64,000 bases of DNA from Amphiscolops sp. MND2022 (Eukaryota), in NCBI GenBank assembly GCA_964187785.1, contig OZ076415.1, positions 46,934,001 through 46,998,000 on the forward strand, in the 5' to 3' direction. Shown in pieces: positions 44,701-55,677 of this stretch. The first letter of the stretch is position 1, and the number at the start of each line of letters is the position of its first letter. A program made the position numbers and the translations under genes. The notes under the pieces are model-generated. The model made no database searches and was not told the origin of the DNA. It was given only the letters and a program-made list of their open reading frames with translations.

Positions 44701-46735
44701 GGTATACTTCGTTATTCACCCCGTGTGGTTGTGATGGGCAAGTCCATCCACCGGATGGGTTGGTGTGGCAAGAATATACTTGTTGTTGTATTGGTTTTCG
44801 TGCACGCTCTTTGAGTGGGCAATCGATCACGAAGTGTGATGGGTCGCCACAGCTAAAGCATGCTCGTTGGGGTTGTTGTCGGTAGGGTGCCGGTTGTGGT
44901 GGAGGTGGAACTTGTTGGGGTTGCTGTATCGGTGGTGGAATTGCCTGGGGCACTTTAGGTTGTTGATTCGGTTGTGGAGGCTGAGGTTGTTGAGGCGGAG
45001 CCATTTGATAATTCTCTGGACGATTAGAACCGCGCTTGCGCAGGTATTGTTGAACTGTGAAGCGAAGCGCTTCTACTGTTGGAGGTGCTTCAACGTACTG
45101 TTCTTGCGCATACATCAGTGCGAGGTTTCTTTTTAGTTCGAAGTTGCGTACACCTTCGATGAATTTTTGCTTTATTTCGTATCTGCGAACGGTCACCTCC
45201 TCGTTAGGGTAGCCTTGGCTGCGCAGATCTTCGAGGGCATCGAGATATTGCATGTAGTCTTCTTCATTGTTCTGGTTGCGTGTTCGGAATTGTTGCTGTA
45301 TATGGATCTTGCTTGACCCAGTTCCGAATCGTCGCGCCAGTAATGTAAAGACTTTTTTGTCGGTGTCTCTTTCCGCCTCGGATTTATTGGTGATGTAGTC
45401 TCGGGCCTCGTGTTCTAGATACTCTATTATAGTCCAGGCCTTGTCGAGGGGAGTCGCTCTGGCATGTGCCTTCTCTAAGTGACGTTTCGTCAACATCATC
45501 CATCCGTCGGCGTTTCCGTCCTTGGTCCCTCGATATTCCGTGGGTTTGTTCTTCGATTTTTTCACCGCGAGCAGCGGTTCCAAGCCTTTGGACATTGCGG
45601 TTGAAATCGCCTCCGCCAATGCTTGTCGTTGGCTAGTTCTTGGGGTGTCGGGTGTTGCGCTTGGCGTTTCTGGAAGTTGTTCCATCTCGTTGTTGTCTTG
45701 TTCTAAGTTTCTCTTTGTCGTGGATTTTTGCTGCGTGCTAGTTGCCACTGGCCACGGGATCAAATCTAAGTATGCTTGCTTGGGGAAGTTCTCGCTGATG
45801 TTGGTCCTGGCGGTATAGTAGTTTGATTCTCTTGTAGTCATGCCGCTTGCGGGTGAACAATAGTCTCCCGTTGTTGATGCACCCCGAGCAAAAGGGTCAA
45901 ATGAGACACTGGTTAGTGGGTCCGTGCCCACATCGCTGGTATCTGTTCTGATTACTCTCATCATCTTGTTGGTTCGTGGTTGATCTCTTTTGTATGTTGC
46001 AGGTGGTATCAACTTCAGAGGTTTATTTTTCGCGGCGTTGGACTGGGCTATCTTGCGGTAGGTGGCTTGTGTTGGGTTTGGGGCAGTGCTGGTGGAAGGC
46101 AGTTCGTCTGAGTGAGAGGTCATTGGCGCCGCTGGCGTTATTTTTGCTTGAGCCGCTGCAGTTTGGGCTGCCATTGCTCTCACTCCTAATGTCAGGTCCT
46201 TCATAGTGGTCATCAGATCTATCATTCTGGTGTTTGCGTCAGTCTCCTTTCGTTGCATGAGGTCTGACATCATTTTCATCCGTTCGTCTGCTTGACGATC
46301 TCTTTCTTTCATCACGGCAGACATTTCGGCTATGCGTGTGTCTGCCATGTTTTCTCTTTGTTTTATCAAGTCATTGAGAGAGGCCATGGATGCTTCCAAT
46401 CTTCCTTGGCTTTGACGTCCTCCAGCCTGTATTTCTAGCAGGCCTTTCCTCTTTTCATCCATGTCCCTCATAATGACATCAGCTCTCATCACGTGTTCAG
46501 CATTTTCTCGTGACAATCGTGAATGTACTTGTGACAATTGGGCCAGGCTATTTCGAAAATCTTCTCTCGCGGCTTGTGATTCTTTTGTGATTTTGGTTAC
46601 GGTCGAGTCTGGGGCCGTGCCTGCACTGGCTCTGGAGTTAGGTGTGTAGTTTGGTGTGTCCATTTGCCTTGGGACAAGATCCAGGTTTCTTGATGGAGGT
46701 GTCCTAAAGACGTACCGCAATTGGTTGTCTTCCAC
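41705..46735 (-). CDS. gag-pol: Gag-pol fusion ORF of element B (1676 aa): gag, knuckles, protease, RT, RNase H
   Basis: Coiled coil; gag core (LEHEARDYI...LARRFG); CFSCGDPSHFVIDC and CVNCGCTEHSASEC; protease MIDTSSG; RT IDLEWAFWQ, RMPFGLCNA, YIDD; RNase H LDTDAS, KLEMYA, RVDN. Ends at a premature TAA; the frame continues in phase. Confidence 0.92.
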   Translation of the reverse strand: MEDNQLRYVFRTPPSRNLDLVPRQMDTPNYTPNSRASAGTAPDSTVTKITKESQAAREDFRNSLAQLSQVHSRLSRENAEHVMRADVIMRDMDEKRKGLLEIQAGGRQSQGRLEASMASLNDLIKQRENMADTRIAEMSAVMKERDRQADERMKMMSDLMQRKETDANTRMIDLMTTMKDLTLGVRAMAAQTAAAQAKITPAAPMTSHSDELPSTSTAPNPTQATYRKIAQSNAAKNKPLKLIPPATYKRDQPRTNKMMRVIRTDTSDVGTDPLTSVSFDPFARGASTTGDYCSPASGMTTRESNYYTARTNISENFPKQAYLDLIPWPVATSTQQKSTTKRNLEQDNNEMEQLPETPSATPDTPRTSQRQALAEAISTAMSKGLEPLLAVKKSKNKPTEYRGTKDGNADGWMMLTKRHLEKAHARATPLDKAWTIIEYLEHEARDYITNKSEAERDTDKKVFTLLARRFGTGSSKIHIQQQFRTRNQNNEEDYMQYLDALEDLRSQGYPNEEVTVRRYEIKQKFIEGVRNFELKRNLALMYAQEQYVEAPPTVEALRFTVQQYLRKRGSNRPENYQMAPPQQPQPPQPNQQPKVPQAIPPPIQQPQQVPPPPQPAPYRQQPQRACFSCGDPSHFVIDCPLKERARKPIQQQVYSCHTNPSGGWTCPSQPHGVNNEVYPASLPIQGTVAFCVNCGCTEHSASECMAPEYPRQEEQIRAAWYAPHTNQFDGVPQDDQVRVISVAEAGGPSRPVVITCGEKQVLTTLEAPAPDCTETLISIHLLLSAEQKSRPELTLAQLKEELCRNAKYTITARPLPHFTREDETKLAPIQKVKTISPVPVAMNVDGVDMKFDAIVVVEGYFPQGLYLGRQELSCYNIGVQDTQGEARIDERASLVVAFGSNFQEPIPLYGMIDTSSGVSILSLAAYQKIASAHSLSLMPYDVQLYAANGKTITTVGMAENVSFQLGGHTLKINFIVIADHLGAEDFLLGRNCLRTYNVLVDLTAMRVTIRDPKTPRHFKPVHEVSDHEPSLVVSTDKVVLGPFERKLVIAQVITQDPNQYRFCNVMIRPSGMYNRSSFISEDTLTSVGDDGTVYLAIRNKTATENLQIPSKTVLGKAEPTVFMSRPFSVDQADGTSIPLIEQVNNISIVDLDDTSSEFSSFAQNFVSPTELSEEEMSEIEKRAQTDPNLLKPIPGPDLSSVLSSWGEGARDQLAEVLNEYDDLFMKHKADIGKCAIAKHRIELEPQAIPHREGARRMSPDKAAKANQEVRNLLALGLIQPSYSPWASGIVMVKKKTGELRFWCDFRPLNDVTVKDAFPLPTIDESLSRIGNAKIFTSIDLEWAFWQIPLKKSRKHRRKTAFACELGLFEWRRMPFGLCNASATFQRSITRALQKIQQRHGSVVMAYIDDIVIATETIEDHIMRIKEVFECFREAGFKMRAEKCDFMRTETKYLGRIVSADGIKPDPEAVAKIREWLPPRNKEELQSFLGFANYYHDFVPFHAAKMQPMQELLKKNQHFCWEERHQEAFDSVKEALSDATTLAAPNEQGQFVLDTDASTVVIAGVLHQEQEYNGKTILRPIVYGSKSLTKTQLNYGAPKLEMYAVFYFVEKFHSYLAGREFTLRVDNQALSWLKTYSMDQAMIGRWIARLDQYHFKTIHRPRTQHRNVDGLSKRTNN

Positions 46736-46816
46736 TTGTGTTGGTTGGTTGTCATTTGGTTTGGTAGGTGCCGTGGATGGCCCTACTTTTTGTGCGTATC
46801 CGCTTAGAAAGGGGTT

Positions 46817-47290
46817 TTAATCGTTTCGATTCGCGTTAATGTCTAATGCGTGGGAACCCAGCGGGTTCTTGTTTATCGAAGGAGTGCGGGGTGCCGCTAC
46901 AGGAGTTGAGTGATTGCTGGTTTGTGATGCCGTTTCTTCGGCTGCACTTGTTTCATACGGGGGTTTTTTATTCGAGTTTGGCCACTCCTCTAGGCTGTAG
47001 TCAGTGACTTCTAGAGGGGGCCACGCGTTGTTTCGCGTGGTGCTTCCGGTACTATCCACTGGATCAGTACTATCAGGGGAAGCTTGCGACGAACCGAGCT
47101 GTTCGGCTGCGGTTGTCATCTCCGTGTTTTGTTCCGTGTTGGAAATATTGTCAGACACGAGTTCTGAAAACATATCTGCAATAGTTGGTACTTGAGGGTT
47201 GTCGGTAAGGGTCTCCGAATGGGTTGCGTCCTCTATTACGTTACTAAAAGGATTAGTAGCATGGAAGCTTTTGGGAGGGTTCCAATTCAT
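46817..47290 (-). pseudogene. Probable N-terminal gag segment of element B (S/T/P-rich), separated by a frameshift
   Basis: 157-aa ATG ORF directly upstream of the gag-pol ORF, with similar composition. Confidence 0.45.
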
Positions 47291-50164
47291 TCTGGTTAGT
47301 TTTTGGCATGTGGATTCTGATTATGAACAAAAGGGGAATTTTTGAACAATGGTATTTTTGGTTTATTTGTCTTGCTCGTCCCCCCGAAAGAAAGGATGGA
47401 AAGTGATAACAGGTGCTCGTTGCAAATTTTCAAAATTAAAATTAACTGGATTACATGGGTGTGGTCGCGCTGTAGTTGGGGTGCGATCATAAGACCGCGG
47501 TTAACAAAAAGTTTGTACAAGCTTTGATAATTGGGCTAGTGTAATTCTATGTACTAATACTAACTAAAGTTTCGTTCCTTGTCTCCACTGAGTGGAGGGA
47601 AATGGATTTTTGATTTATCAAACAGAAAAAGTTTTTTTTTTGAAGACTCTTTACGTTCTACTTGCTAATCTACTTTGGAATAAGCTATGGAGGAGCCTAT
47701 TGAACTGTGGCTAGTGCTGTGGGCGGTAGATTGGGTTGAATGGTAATGGTCGAGACAGATGGTCTAAGCGCAGTGCGCTCTTTCGACTGGCTAAGCTTGT
47801 CACTCACCTAGTCTTTCCGACTTACGGATTCGGGTACGGTGGGATGGATGGGGATCGGAACGGGACTCGGTGATTAGTATGGAAGAAGGCGTTTAGTTTG
47901 GAAGGTAACTTTGATTGAGGCTGTTGCGTTGATGGTGCTACAGTTTCACTTTTTTAGCAAATTCGGTAATAAAGTGCGCAATTTCTTTGGTCAACTGGGC
48001 ATCTTTTTGGAGGCTCTTAGTTTTGGGAGGACTGCTATGGCGGTGAATGCGACTCTGTTGGGAGCGTAGGGGGTGCTCTTTATGTTTAAGAGTTATGTTC
48101 AAGTCCTTATATGGGTCGTTTGGGACTGAAAGAGTGCCGTGCTCTGGTCAATTTTCGCAAAACCAGCGGATTTGTTGTCAATCGGCACGTCTGGGAAGGG
48201 TGAAAATCACTTCCCGGGCTCGTAGCGATTCGAAAATTTCACACCGTATACTACACTAGCTGAATCGTGGGAAACTGAATGCCGATTGTACCAAAAGTTA
48301 CGCTGTGGGTGTTGCGGCCACTTAATATTGTTCTTTGAAAAATTGACTATGTCGTGTAATTTGCAAAAAGTGGTCAAACTCGCCTTGTAGGCGTCCTGGC
48401 TACCTGAAATTTTGCGTGCGAGCGTAACTTGTGCCCACGTAATGGAAAAATACGGCGATCGATACTTGGCTATTCGAGGTGACAAAACCTTGATGTACGT
48501 GAGGTATTACTTTTTCCGGCCAAAATTCACAAAAATGTCGATTTCTCAGCTTTGGCTAGCCACTGGCTGCTCAAATTGCATAAATCGTCGGAATTTAGTG
48601 CAGTCCGTAAGAAAATGCAAGAATTTTAGTGCTGGGATACCTGCAAGGTATTGCACTATGCTCAACTAAAATTCAAATCTTTCGACATTTTCACACTATT
48701 TTTGAGCAAAACTTCTGCTAAGATTTCTCAATCACTAGTAATGCTAGCGCTACGAAACTTACACCACTAACGTAACTTTTTATGGTCTACTAGATGGCGC
48801 AGTCCGTTTGAGGCTGCTTCTACTAGGAGAGATTTCGACCTGTGCTGGAAGCACTTCTACATGGTTCCCAAAATGTCGCAAAAATAACGCGTTTTCGACT
48901 ATTTCTCAACAACCACTGGTTGGAATCACTCGCGGTTTTCTGCGTTTGTAACGTTACACTCTGTAATAACAGAAAATGGGCAAGCGAAACCTGGTAGGTT
49001 CCAAATAAGGTCTCTCAAAAAACTTTCAAATTGCACTTTCTACACTCTCGGAATAACACTGGAATAACGTGTTTTCGCTAAGAAATTTCTATCTGTCGGT
49101 TCTTGGACGTTCGGGATTGTTCCAATAGTACTGTACGGAAATATGACAACTAATTTTTTTGGGGGGGGCTGGGGTTCGTTCAATTATTATTTTTGATGTT
49201 ATATCTCTCAGGTCTATGGGGTCCTCTACTCAGGTCTGTGTATATCAAGAGAAACAAGTTGTTAAAGTTTCAATTTCTATTGGGGAGCCTTAAAAAGCTA
49301 CTTGGCAAAAGTGTTTTGTACTACCAAGCTAGGGGAAAAGGTTTTTGGGCTGATTCAGAAGCTTGGAAGCTAATGTCCAATGCTTTGCTCTTGTCAAATT
49401 GGGTCAAAATGGCCAAATTTGACGATTTTTTTAACAAAAATCGCTGAATTTTTCACTGTTTTTGGACAATTGGCCCCACAAAAGTTTTTGTTCCTGACCC
49501 AGAGGGTCTGTTGGAACGTTTTTCTAGTATTCCCACTGGCCTCACTCTATTTGACAAAACATTGGCTTTCAAAATTGAAAATTATGGAGTTTGAGCTATA
49601 AATAACGTTATTTTCGAGGTTTTCGAGCTCAAATTTTTTAATAACTGATCAGAATACCCTTTGGGTATTTTTCTCAGTTAGTTATAATGGGAATAGGCCT
49701 GGGAATACTCTTTTTGGGCCGTTAAATTAAGAAAATGGACGATTTCACCCGTTTGACGTGGAGTACTGCAATCACAGGGGCATGGGAGGAGTAGTCGTGT
49801 AGGACGTCGTCACGTCGGCACAGCTGGTGGAATCCTTTAGCATTCGTCCTCTCTGTCCCCATACATTGCAAATTAGCTGAAATCAAGCTAGAAAACCCTT
49901 TAAAACACGTTCCGGATAGGCCGGAACAGCTTTTTTTTAGGTTTTAGTAAGGTAAAAGAGGGTACACTGTCAGAAACCGTTAATTTCTCTTAGTAGACCC
50001 CAGAAACATGCGGAAAACGCAGGAATAACATTAGTACAAAGCCCAAAGGGCCAGAAAAAGGTAATAAAAAGAATCTAGGGTTCTCCCATAGGTTTTCCTA
50101 GATCTGGTCCCTTCGGGGCCGGAAAGCAGAAGTTGCTCCTACTTGTACGCAAAATGAAAAATAT

Positions 50165-50180
50165 CCCTCTGTGGTCGCCA
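50165..50180 (-). promoter_or_regulatory. Probable primer-binding site of element B
   Basis: TGGCGACCACAGAGGG, complementary to a tRNA ending ...GTGGTCGCCA (Arg-like); 16 nt from the LTR. Confidence 0.6.
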
Positions 50181-50196
50181 TAAAAACTATTCCAGA

Positions 50197-50917
50197 TGTA
50201 ACGACCGGCTAGCGACGCACATCTAGGAATAGGGACAATGCCTGGGATGCTTGAACAGGAGACCGTTGTCTTACTACATACCTAGACACTAGTTTTTGGT
50301 CCCAAAATGGTCTCCTAGGGGGACTTTTCTGACGTCTAAGGAGGCTTCTCAAATTAGAGCTCCGAAGCGACGCGCCGGCACTCTCAAAGTCCGGTCACGT
50401 CCCACAAGCCTGTAAAAACGTTTCCTAAGGTTTCTAGTGCGTTCCTACAAGTTCCTACATGCTTCCGAGGTCAAAAACGGTGATCAGCTGGAAAACATAG
50501 TATTTGGCAAATAAGATATAAAAAGACCTAGAAGGTCAAACATCTTCCAAGTACCAAAGGAGAAATATGGAAATAATAAAGGAAAAACGGGGATAAGCCC
50601 CAGTTACTTTACAGTTTTCAGTCCATCATCCATATTTTGCCTCTGGCAAGGCTCTGCAGATGTTGTTGATTTCCCAAGAATATGGTACAACATTCCGATA
50701 ATCTTTCTGCTGATGTTTTTTCATCTTCTGGCAATTCTTCATCTTTTTCTGCAACTTTTTCACACGTGCTCTGTTTCTTGCTCGCTCTCCGCGTGTTTTC
50801 TTTTTTCTTTCATGCTTTTTGTACCTGCTAGGTCGGCCATCTTTTTTCTTCTGTTTTAACATCGCACTTTTCGAATTTTTCATCGAAACTTTGGTCATGC
50901 CGGTGGCAGACGTTACA
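50197..50917 (-). repeat. 5' LTR of element B (721 bp)
   Basis: Direct repeat of 32148-32867. Confidence 0.95.
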
Positions 50918-51909
50918 AATCGATTAAGCATGAGATGAGTAGAATTCCATCTTGTTGCATTTGCGAGCAATGGCTTCAACGGTGATTTCAATTCTGGTTG
51001 TTTCATCTTTTGAATTGCTAGAAAATCCTGAAGATTTGACGTTTTTTTGAGATCTTTAACAGCAGTTTTGACCCCTCTTGAGACACCTAACGCAAAAATA
51101 TCGTCCAATTCATCTCCAGTTTCATCATCTTCAGGAACAGAAAAATCTGCGTCTATTCCAATTAGCTTCTCAGCGAGAATATTCAGAACGTGTGCAAGGC
51201 AGGGTAAATGCGGCACCTTGAATAATTTGCAGAACTTTACAACGTCTGACCCGCAGTCTGACATAACGCAAACGAATCGGTCAAAGTTTCCAATGCCAAA
51301 TTTCTGCAGAATTTCGATTATGCTATCTTTCATATAAGTAGCATGGCATTTTGAATCATAATTCTCAAGACCTATATATATCTTCTTTCGCTTTTGAAAA
51401 ACATATACTCCGATGAAATTTTCGTCGTGGTCGTTAGTCCACTTGTCCAAACACAAAGCGAGCGGATCATTTGCAGCCAGGAAGTTGGATACAGACTCAA
51501 TTCTTTCAAGGTATGAGCTTGTAAGACTTTCCTGTAATTCAGAGTATGTTGGAATTTCAAGCTTCGCCAACTTAAATAATTCCGAAAACTCTTTGGAAGT
51601 GCAAATATTGTTAACAGAAATATTGGAATTGTCAACTAGACGCTGTGCTAGATTATATTTTCTGCTCTTTCCAGAAAGAAATTTCAACAATGATTGATTC
51701 TCTTCCATAACGGGACTTGATCCAACACAGGTATCAACATGACGCAGTAAGGGTGACGTGACTCCGTTTTTGCACCGAATATCCAAAATACAAGCTATGC
51801 ATCTTCTCAAATTAGTTTTCTTCTTATCTATATAACCGCACAAAAACTTTCCGCACAAAAACTGCAAGTGGACGCCAGTCTTCCTTCGGAGACGACTTGC
51901 CCATACCAT
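50918..51909 (-). pseudogene. Inner hAT transposase, N-terminal half (BED finger and catalytic core start)
   Basis: BED finger CIAC...LLRHVDTC; LCLDKWT; MSDCG; CLAH; TRWNS. Confidence 0.88.
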
Positions 51910-52157
51910 ACGATCTAAAAATAAAATTTTTGAATCACCTTGCTAAAATTTCAATAAAAATGAAAAAATTATAGCCATCTGCGTTATAGTAAGAAATAGT
52001 CAAACAACTCAAACTGTTTCAACTTTTTTCGTGAGCTTGAGTTTGGGTTTGAGTTTGACAATACAATGAAGTTTGGTTTGAATTTTAGTTTGAAACCAAA
52101 AAGATTGAAAGTTTGAGTTTGAGTTTGAAAGTTTGAGTTTGAGTTTGAGAACCCTGG

Positions 52158-53687
52158 TTATTTATGAGCAGTAACTATATCGTTTACCAAATCCAAATTC
52201 CAAAAGTTTTCATGAAACTTGAGGAACATTTGCTCTTCTAGATTTGCCGGAAGCAAGCTTTTGCGATTGTACATGAAAGCAGCTATGCTAAACAAACGCT
52301 CTAACTTACACGACGTCGAGGGCACAAATTCCACATTTACGAACTTGCTCTTACCAACAATTTCAAGATTCTGGTGTTTCAGAGTATTGGTCGTAAAATC
52401 AATTGCGGGGTCAATGTTTTCAACTTCAGATTCTGTCAATTCCACAGTTTCCTGTTTTTTCATGGCTATGTTTTCTTGAACAGACAAACAATCGTCTCGT
52501 CCATTCCTGACCTTTTTTATTCCGTTCTCGAAATCCTTGTTCTTAACGATGCTGGCGTTCGGATAAATATACTTTTTGTTGGAATCCAAATTAGGAACAC
52601 GTTTGATTAACTCATCCAGAAGAGTCCGGGTACTGGCTAATTCCAGATCCGATTTTTGCATAGCAACCTTAACAGATTTTATAGGTTTCAGAAGATGGGA
52701 TAATCCATTCACTCTCTGATTTTCTGATGGTGACAACATGAACGGCACCATTTTCGGCATATTATCAATAAATTCCTTGATATTCAGATATCGATCAAAC
52801 ATATCCATTATACTCAGCCATCGAGTCACAACATCTTTAATAGGGCGAAGAGGTGTGGACTTTCCGAGTTCAGCCGACATGATTGGTGATTTCAATTTCG
52901 TCATCATCGTATTCACCTTTTCGATTAAGGCTTGGTCTTTCTTCACGAATTCTTTTAACGGTAGGGCCAATCGATGGGAGTGAAAACCTACAAGTTGTAC
53001 CTGGCATATATGAGAAAGACGTTTGTTTGCTTCACAATTATCAGCAGTTATTGACACGACAATTTTAAGGCTCTTTCCATATTGAACATATTGAACTAGT
53101 GTAAAATTGACAAACTATCTCATTTCTTCTGCACCTTGGGTAGTTTCATCAGCCATAGGGGAAAACGCTAGAAGAACTGTTTGACATAAATTAGAACTAT
53201 TCAGGAAACTTGCCATGATACCAGCAAAGTGATTGCTGTTTTCTGTCCAACCGTCGATAGTTAATGCCAACTTATCGGGAAGCAGTTTTCCAATATCTTG
53301 TCCAACTTTGTTTGATGTCAGGTGAAGGTACTTCAACAACGTGTTCTTCGATCTTTTGACAATTTTGCTCTGTTCGCGAATTATTGGGCATTCGACGTTG
53401 TGGAATGGCCATGATTTCAAACAAACCAAACGTAGCCATCCATACACTGTTTCAGATTTTTTGCATTGAAATTGAAGAGTTTTTTGACTACTTGGAGTTG
53501 AAGATTCGCCGTGTTGAGTTCGGATATGTGCGACAAGATTCGTCCATCCACTAGCTTTCAACTGATTTAAAATTTTGCGACATCCACACTTCCAGAATTC
53601 GGGCCTACCTGGAATTTGCGTGAAACATTTTCAGACAGTCTTCTTGTAGTTGTCGTTGATCTACACTGGGGTATCGAGAGTACTCAT
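52158..53687 (-). pseudogene. Older (outer) hAT-family transposase with BED finger, several stops
   Basis: WKCGC...TNLVAHIRTQH; TIDGWT; TADNC; HSHRL; TRWLS; STSCKLERLFS. The right terminus CAGGGCCTTGCAAT is at 53815-53828. Confidence 0.8.
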
Positions 53688-53829
53688 GGCAAATCTGAAA
53701 AATATCAAAATTTCCAATTATTGGTGCAATGGTTTTCCATAAATTGAAAATTGGATCATCGAAAAACAATAATATTGATACCAATTATTGCAATAATTGA
53801 AATATCATTTATTAATTGCAAGGCCCTGA

Positions 53830-54369
53830 GGTGATATACTCTAACATCGAGTTCTGTTTTTGGTCGGCGCATTTTAGAAGAAAATGAGCCCGACTATTAC
53901 AGTGACTAGTTTTTTTTCTTCAGATAACAATGTATGCGTAGTGGATACTTTCTACATAACTACTAAACTATTGGACCGGCTAGCGGAAACGCATCTAAGT
54001 TAGTGCAAAGAGTCCCCCTAACATTTATTCCCTATTTTTAACGTGGATACAGAATCGGACAAGACTATAGGGTCCCCCTTTGAGTCTTTCGGCACTGTGT
54101 GACATTTTTTTCGAAATGTTTTGTCTCCAAAGAGCCCCCCTCCATTTTTAAAAAGATTTTGCAACATAATATATATTTAAAAAGCCCAAAGGGCCCCCTC
54201 TTATATAGATTTTTTGACACTATGAGACTGTTCAAAATTGCCATTTTTCCTCTGAAATTAGGTTTTCTCAATATATATCCACAAAAAATTCTTTCCAAAA
54301 CTATCCGAAACTTGGACGTAATATGCGGAGTGAAGCGCTATATCCGAATTTCTGACGTTGTATCCGAAT
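53830..54369. repeat. Inverted copy of the abundant interspersed repeat (host of the BEL element)
   Basis: The reverse complement aligns with approx. 1750-2230 (GCACTAACTTAGATGCGTTTCCG, CCACTACGCATACATT, ACTGTAATAGTCGGGC). Confidence 0.8.
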
Positions 54370-54788
54370 TGTTGAATTGTAAGTTTGGGAGAGCGTTTTA
54401 TAAAAAGACTGAATTGAAATTTATTAACATTACGTTTTTGCTTGAGACAAACTGCAGTTGATTTGAATGAAAAACACAATGGAGCAAAAAAAGTGGGAAA
54501 GATTACAAGCGTGAAAACATTTTGACTAGCATGACTAGCACGTTAGCACAGAATTCAACAAGTGACAATCTCATTATGAATACAGAAATTATTCATGTTT
54601 AGAAGTCTCAACATAGCGGGGTCTCTTGAATTCTCGTGACTTTTCTGATCGTGATGGCAATGTATCCGAGATACAACGTTGTGATTTTGAAGGAGGAGTA
54701 GTCGAGGAAGAAGAGTGGGCGTGCTCCCAGGAAGCCGCCAGCAGACGGTCCAGTCCGGAAGTCAGCGAGGACGGGGGCATCAGAGCAA

Positions 54789-55677
54789 ATGGGCCTGGAG
54801 GAGTTCTGGGAAGAAGTGGTCTGTGGTCGTCTTGGACTGCCTCCTCTCCCTGTCAAGACATCTGCTTTGGTGTCGGAGGATAGATGCAACGCAGCTCTGC
54901 TCGAAGGACAGCTGGTCACTCTTTCACCAAGTGATTTGGTAGGTTAGTTGAATATTGAGTTATTTGATCTTCTCCTGTCAATTCTGTTAATTTCAACATG
55001 TAGCTGCAATGCGTTTGATTCATCTCTGATTATGTTAGTTTGTTGACAGGCCGAACTGCAAACCCTTCGTGACCTCGAAGTCACGGGAAGCGAGGGGTCC
55101 AGATTCACAGTGGGGCGAGGAGGATCGAACTGTCCCGAGTACCCGTCGAAAACGAAGCAGGACGTGAGAATGAGATCTGGAACAGCAGGGACAACGTGGG
55201 CCGGCTAGGTAGTGCATCCAGTCCACATCATTCGAGTCGAGCAGTCATCGTTCAGGGCTGCTCACTAGGATTTATTTGACAACAAGAATTCTTTCCTGTG
55301 CATGACAAAAGGGAGAAAGCTTTGGTTAATTGCCCCCCACGCAATCTTGGGGTCAGATGGAAAAATTTTGTGGCGACAATGACTCACAACGAGGGTTTTC
55401 CGACGCAGTGAGGTTTTTAAGGAACTTGGGTTCTCGCCAGAAGAAGCTGGTTTTCTATACCGTGCTGGACGAATCCAAGCCACTGTATCTGCCCTATGGC
55501 TGGGCCCACTCTGTCATTACACTGTGCAAGAGGGATGAAGGAGGAAGCTTCGTGGGCTCTATGTGGTACCTGGAGCTTCCAACTGACGAGGATAAAGTGG
55601 CGGCTTTCAAGAGGAAAGCACTGTATAGTGCAAGGGCTGGCGAAAGGACAAGCGGTGCGCTGGCAGCGCCGAAGTAG
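54789..55677 (+). pseudogene. JmjC-domain (2OG/Fe(II) oxygenase) gene, antisense inside the BEL element; probable intron 54939-55049
   Basis: AAH*DLFDNKNSFLCMTKGRKLWLIAP, then after a 1-nt C-run frameshift FYTVLDESKPLYLPYGWAHSVIT. This gives the HxD...H triad, the GxKxW strand and the LYxPxGWxHxV signature. An AT-rich GT...AG segment separates GC-richer coding blocks and joins them in phase 0. AATAAA at approx. 55827. Confidence 0.75.

Larger units (their letters stand above)
32148..50917 (-). mobile_element. Very large Ty3/Gypsy LTR retrotransposon B (18,770 bp)
   Basis: 720/721-bp LTRs with TGTAACG...CGTTACA ends, PPT, PBS, gag-pol and a large ORF3. Flanked by AAT|...|AAT. Confidence 0.93.
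30937..52156 (-). mobile_element. hAT DNA transposon (inner), interrupted by Gypsy element B
   Basis: TIRs CAGGGTTTTCAAAC and GTTTGAGAACCCTG; GTTTGA subterminal repeats at both ends; 8-bp TSD GTTATTCA/GTTATTTA (7/8 match). Confidence 0.88.

Noticed and set aside
21170-46649. Many opposite-strand ORFs over gag/pol/ORF3 (e.g. 21170-21511, 35545-35973, 42525-42893, 43173-43751)
   Set aside because: Antisense shadows of long coding regions, with no independent signals.
52020-52156. Short tandem GTTTGA repeats resembling a CRISPR array or telomeric repeat (also 30950-31050)
   Set aside because: These are hAT subterminal repeats with no unique spacers; the context is eukaryotic and has no cas genes.
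54614-54630. Polypurine tract for the BEL element
   Set aside because: The minus-strand sequence before the 3' LTR (GAGACCCCGCTA) is not purine-rich, so no PPT was called.
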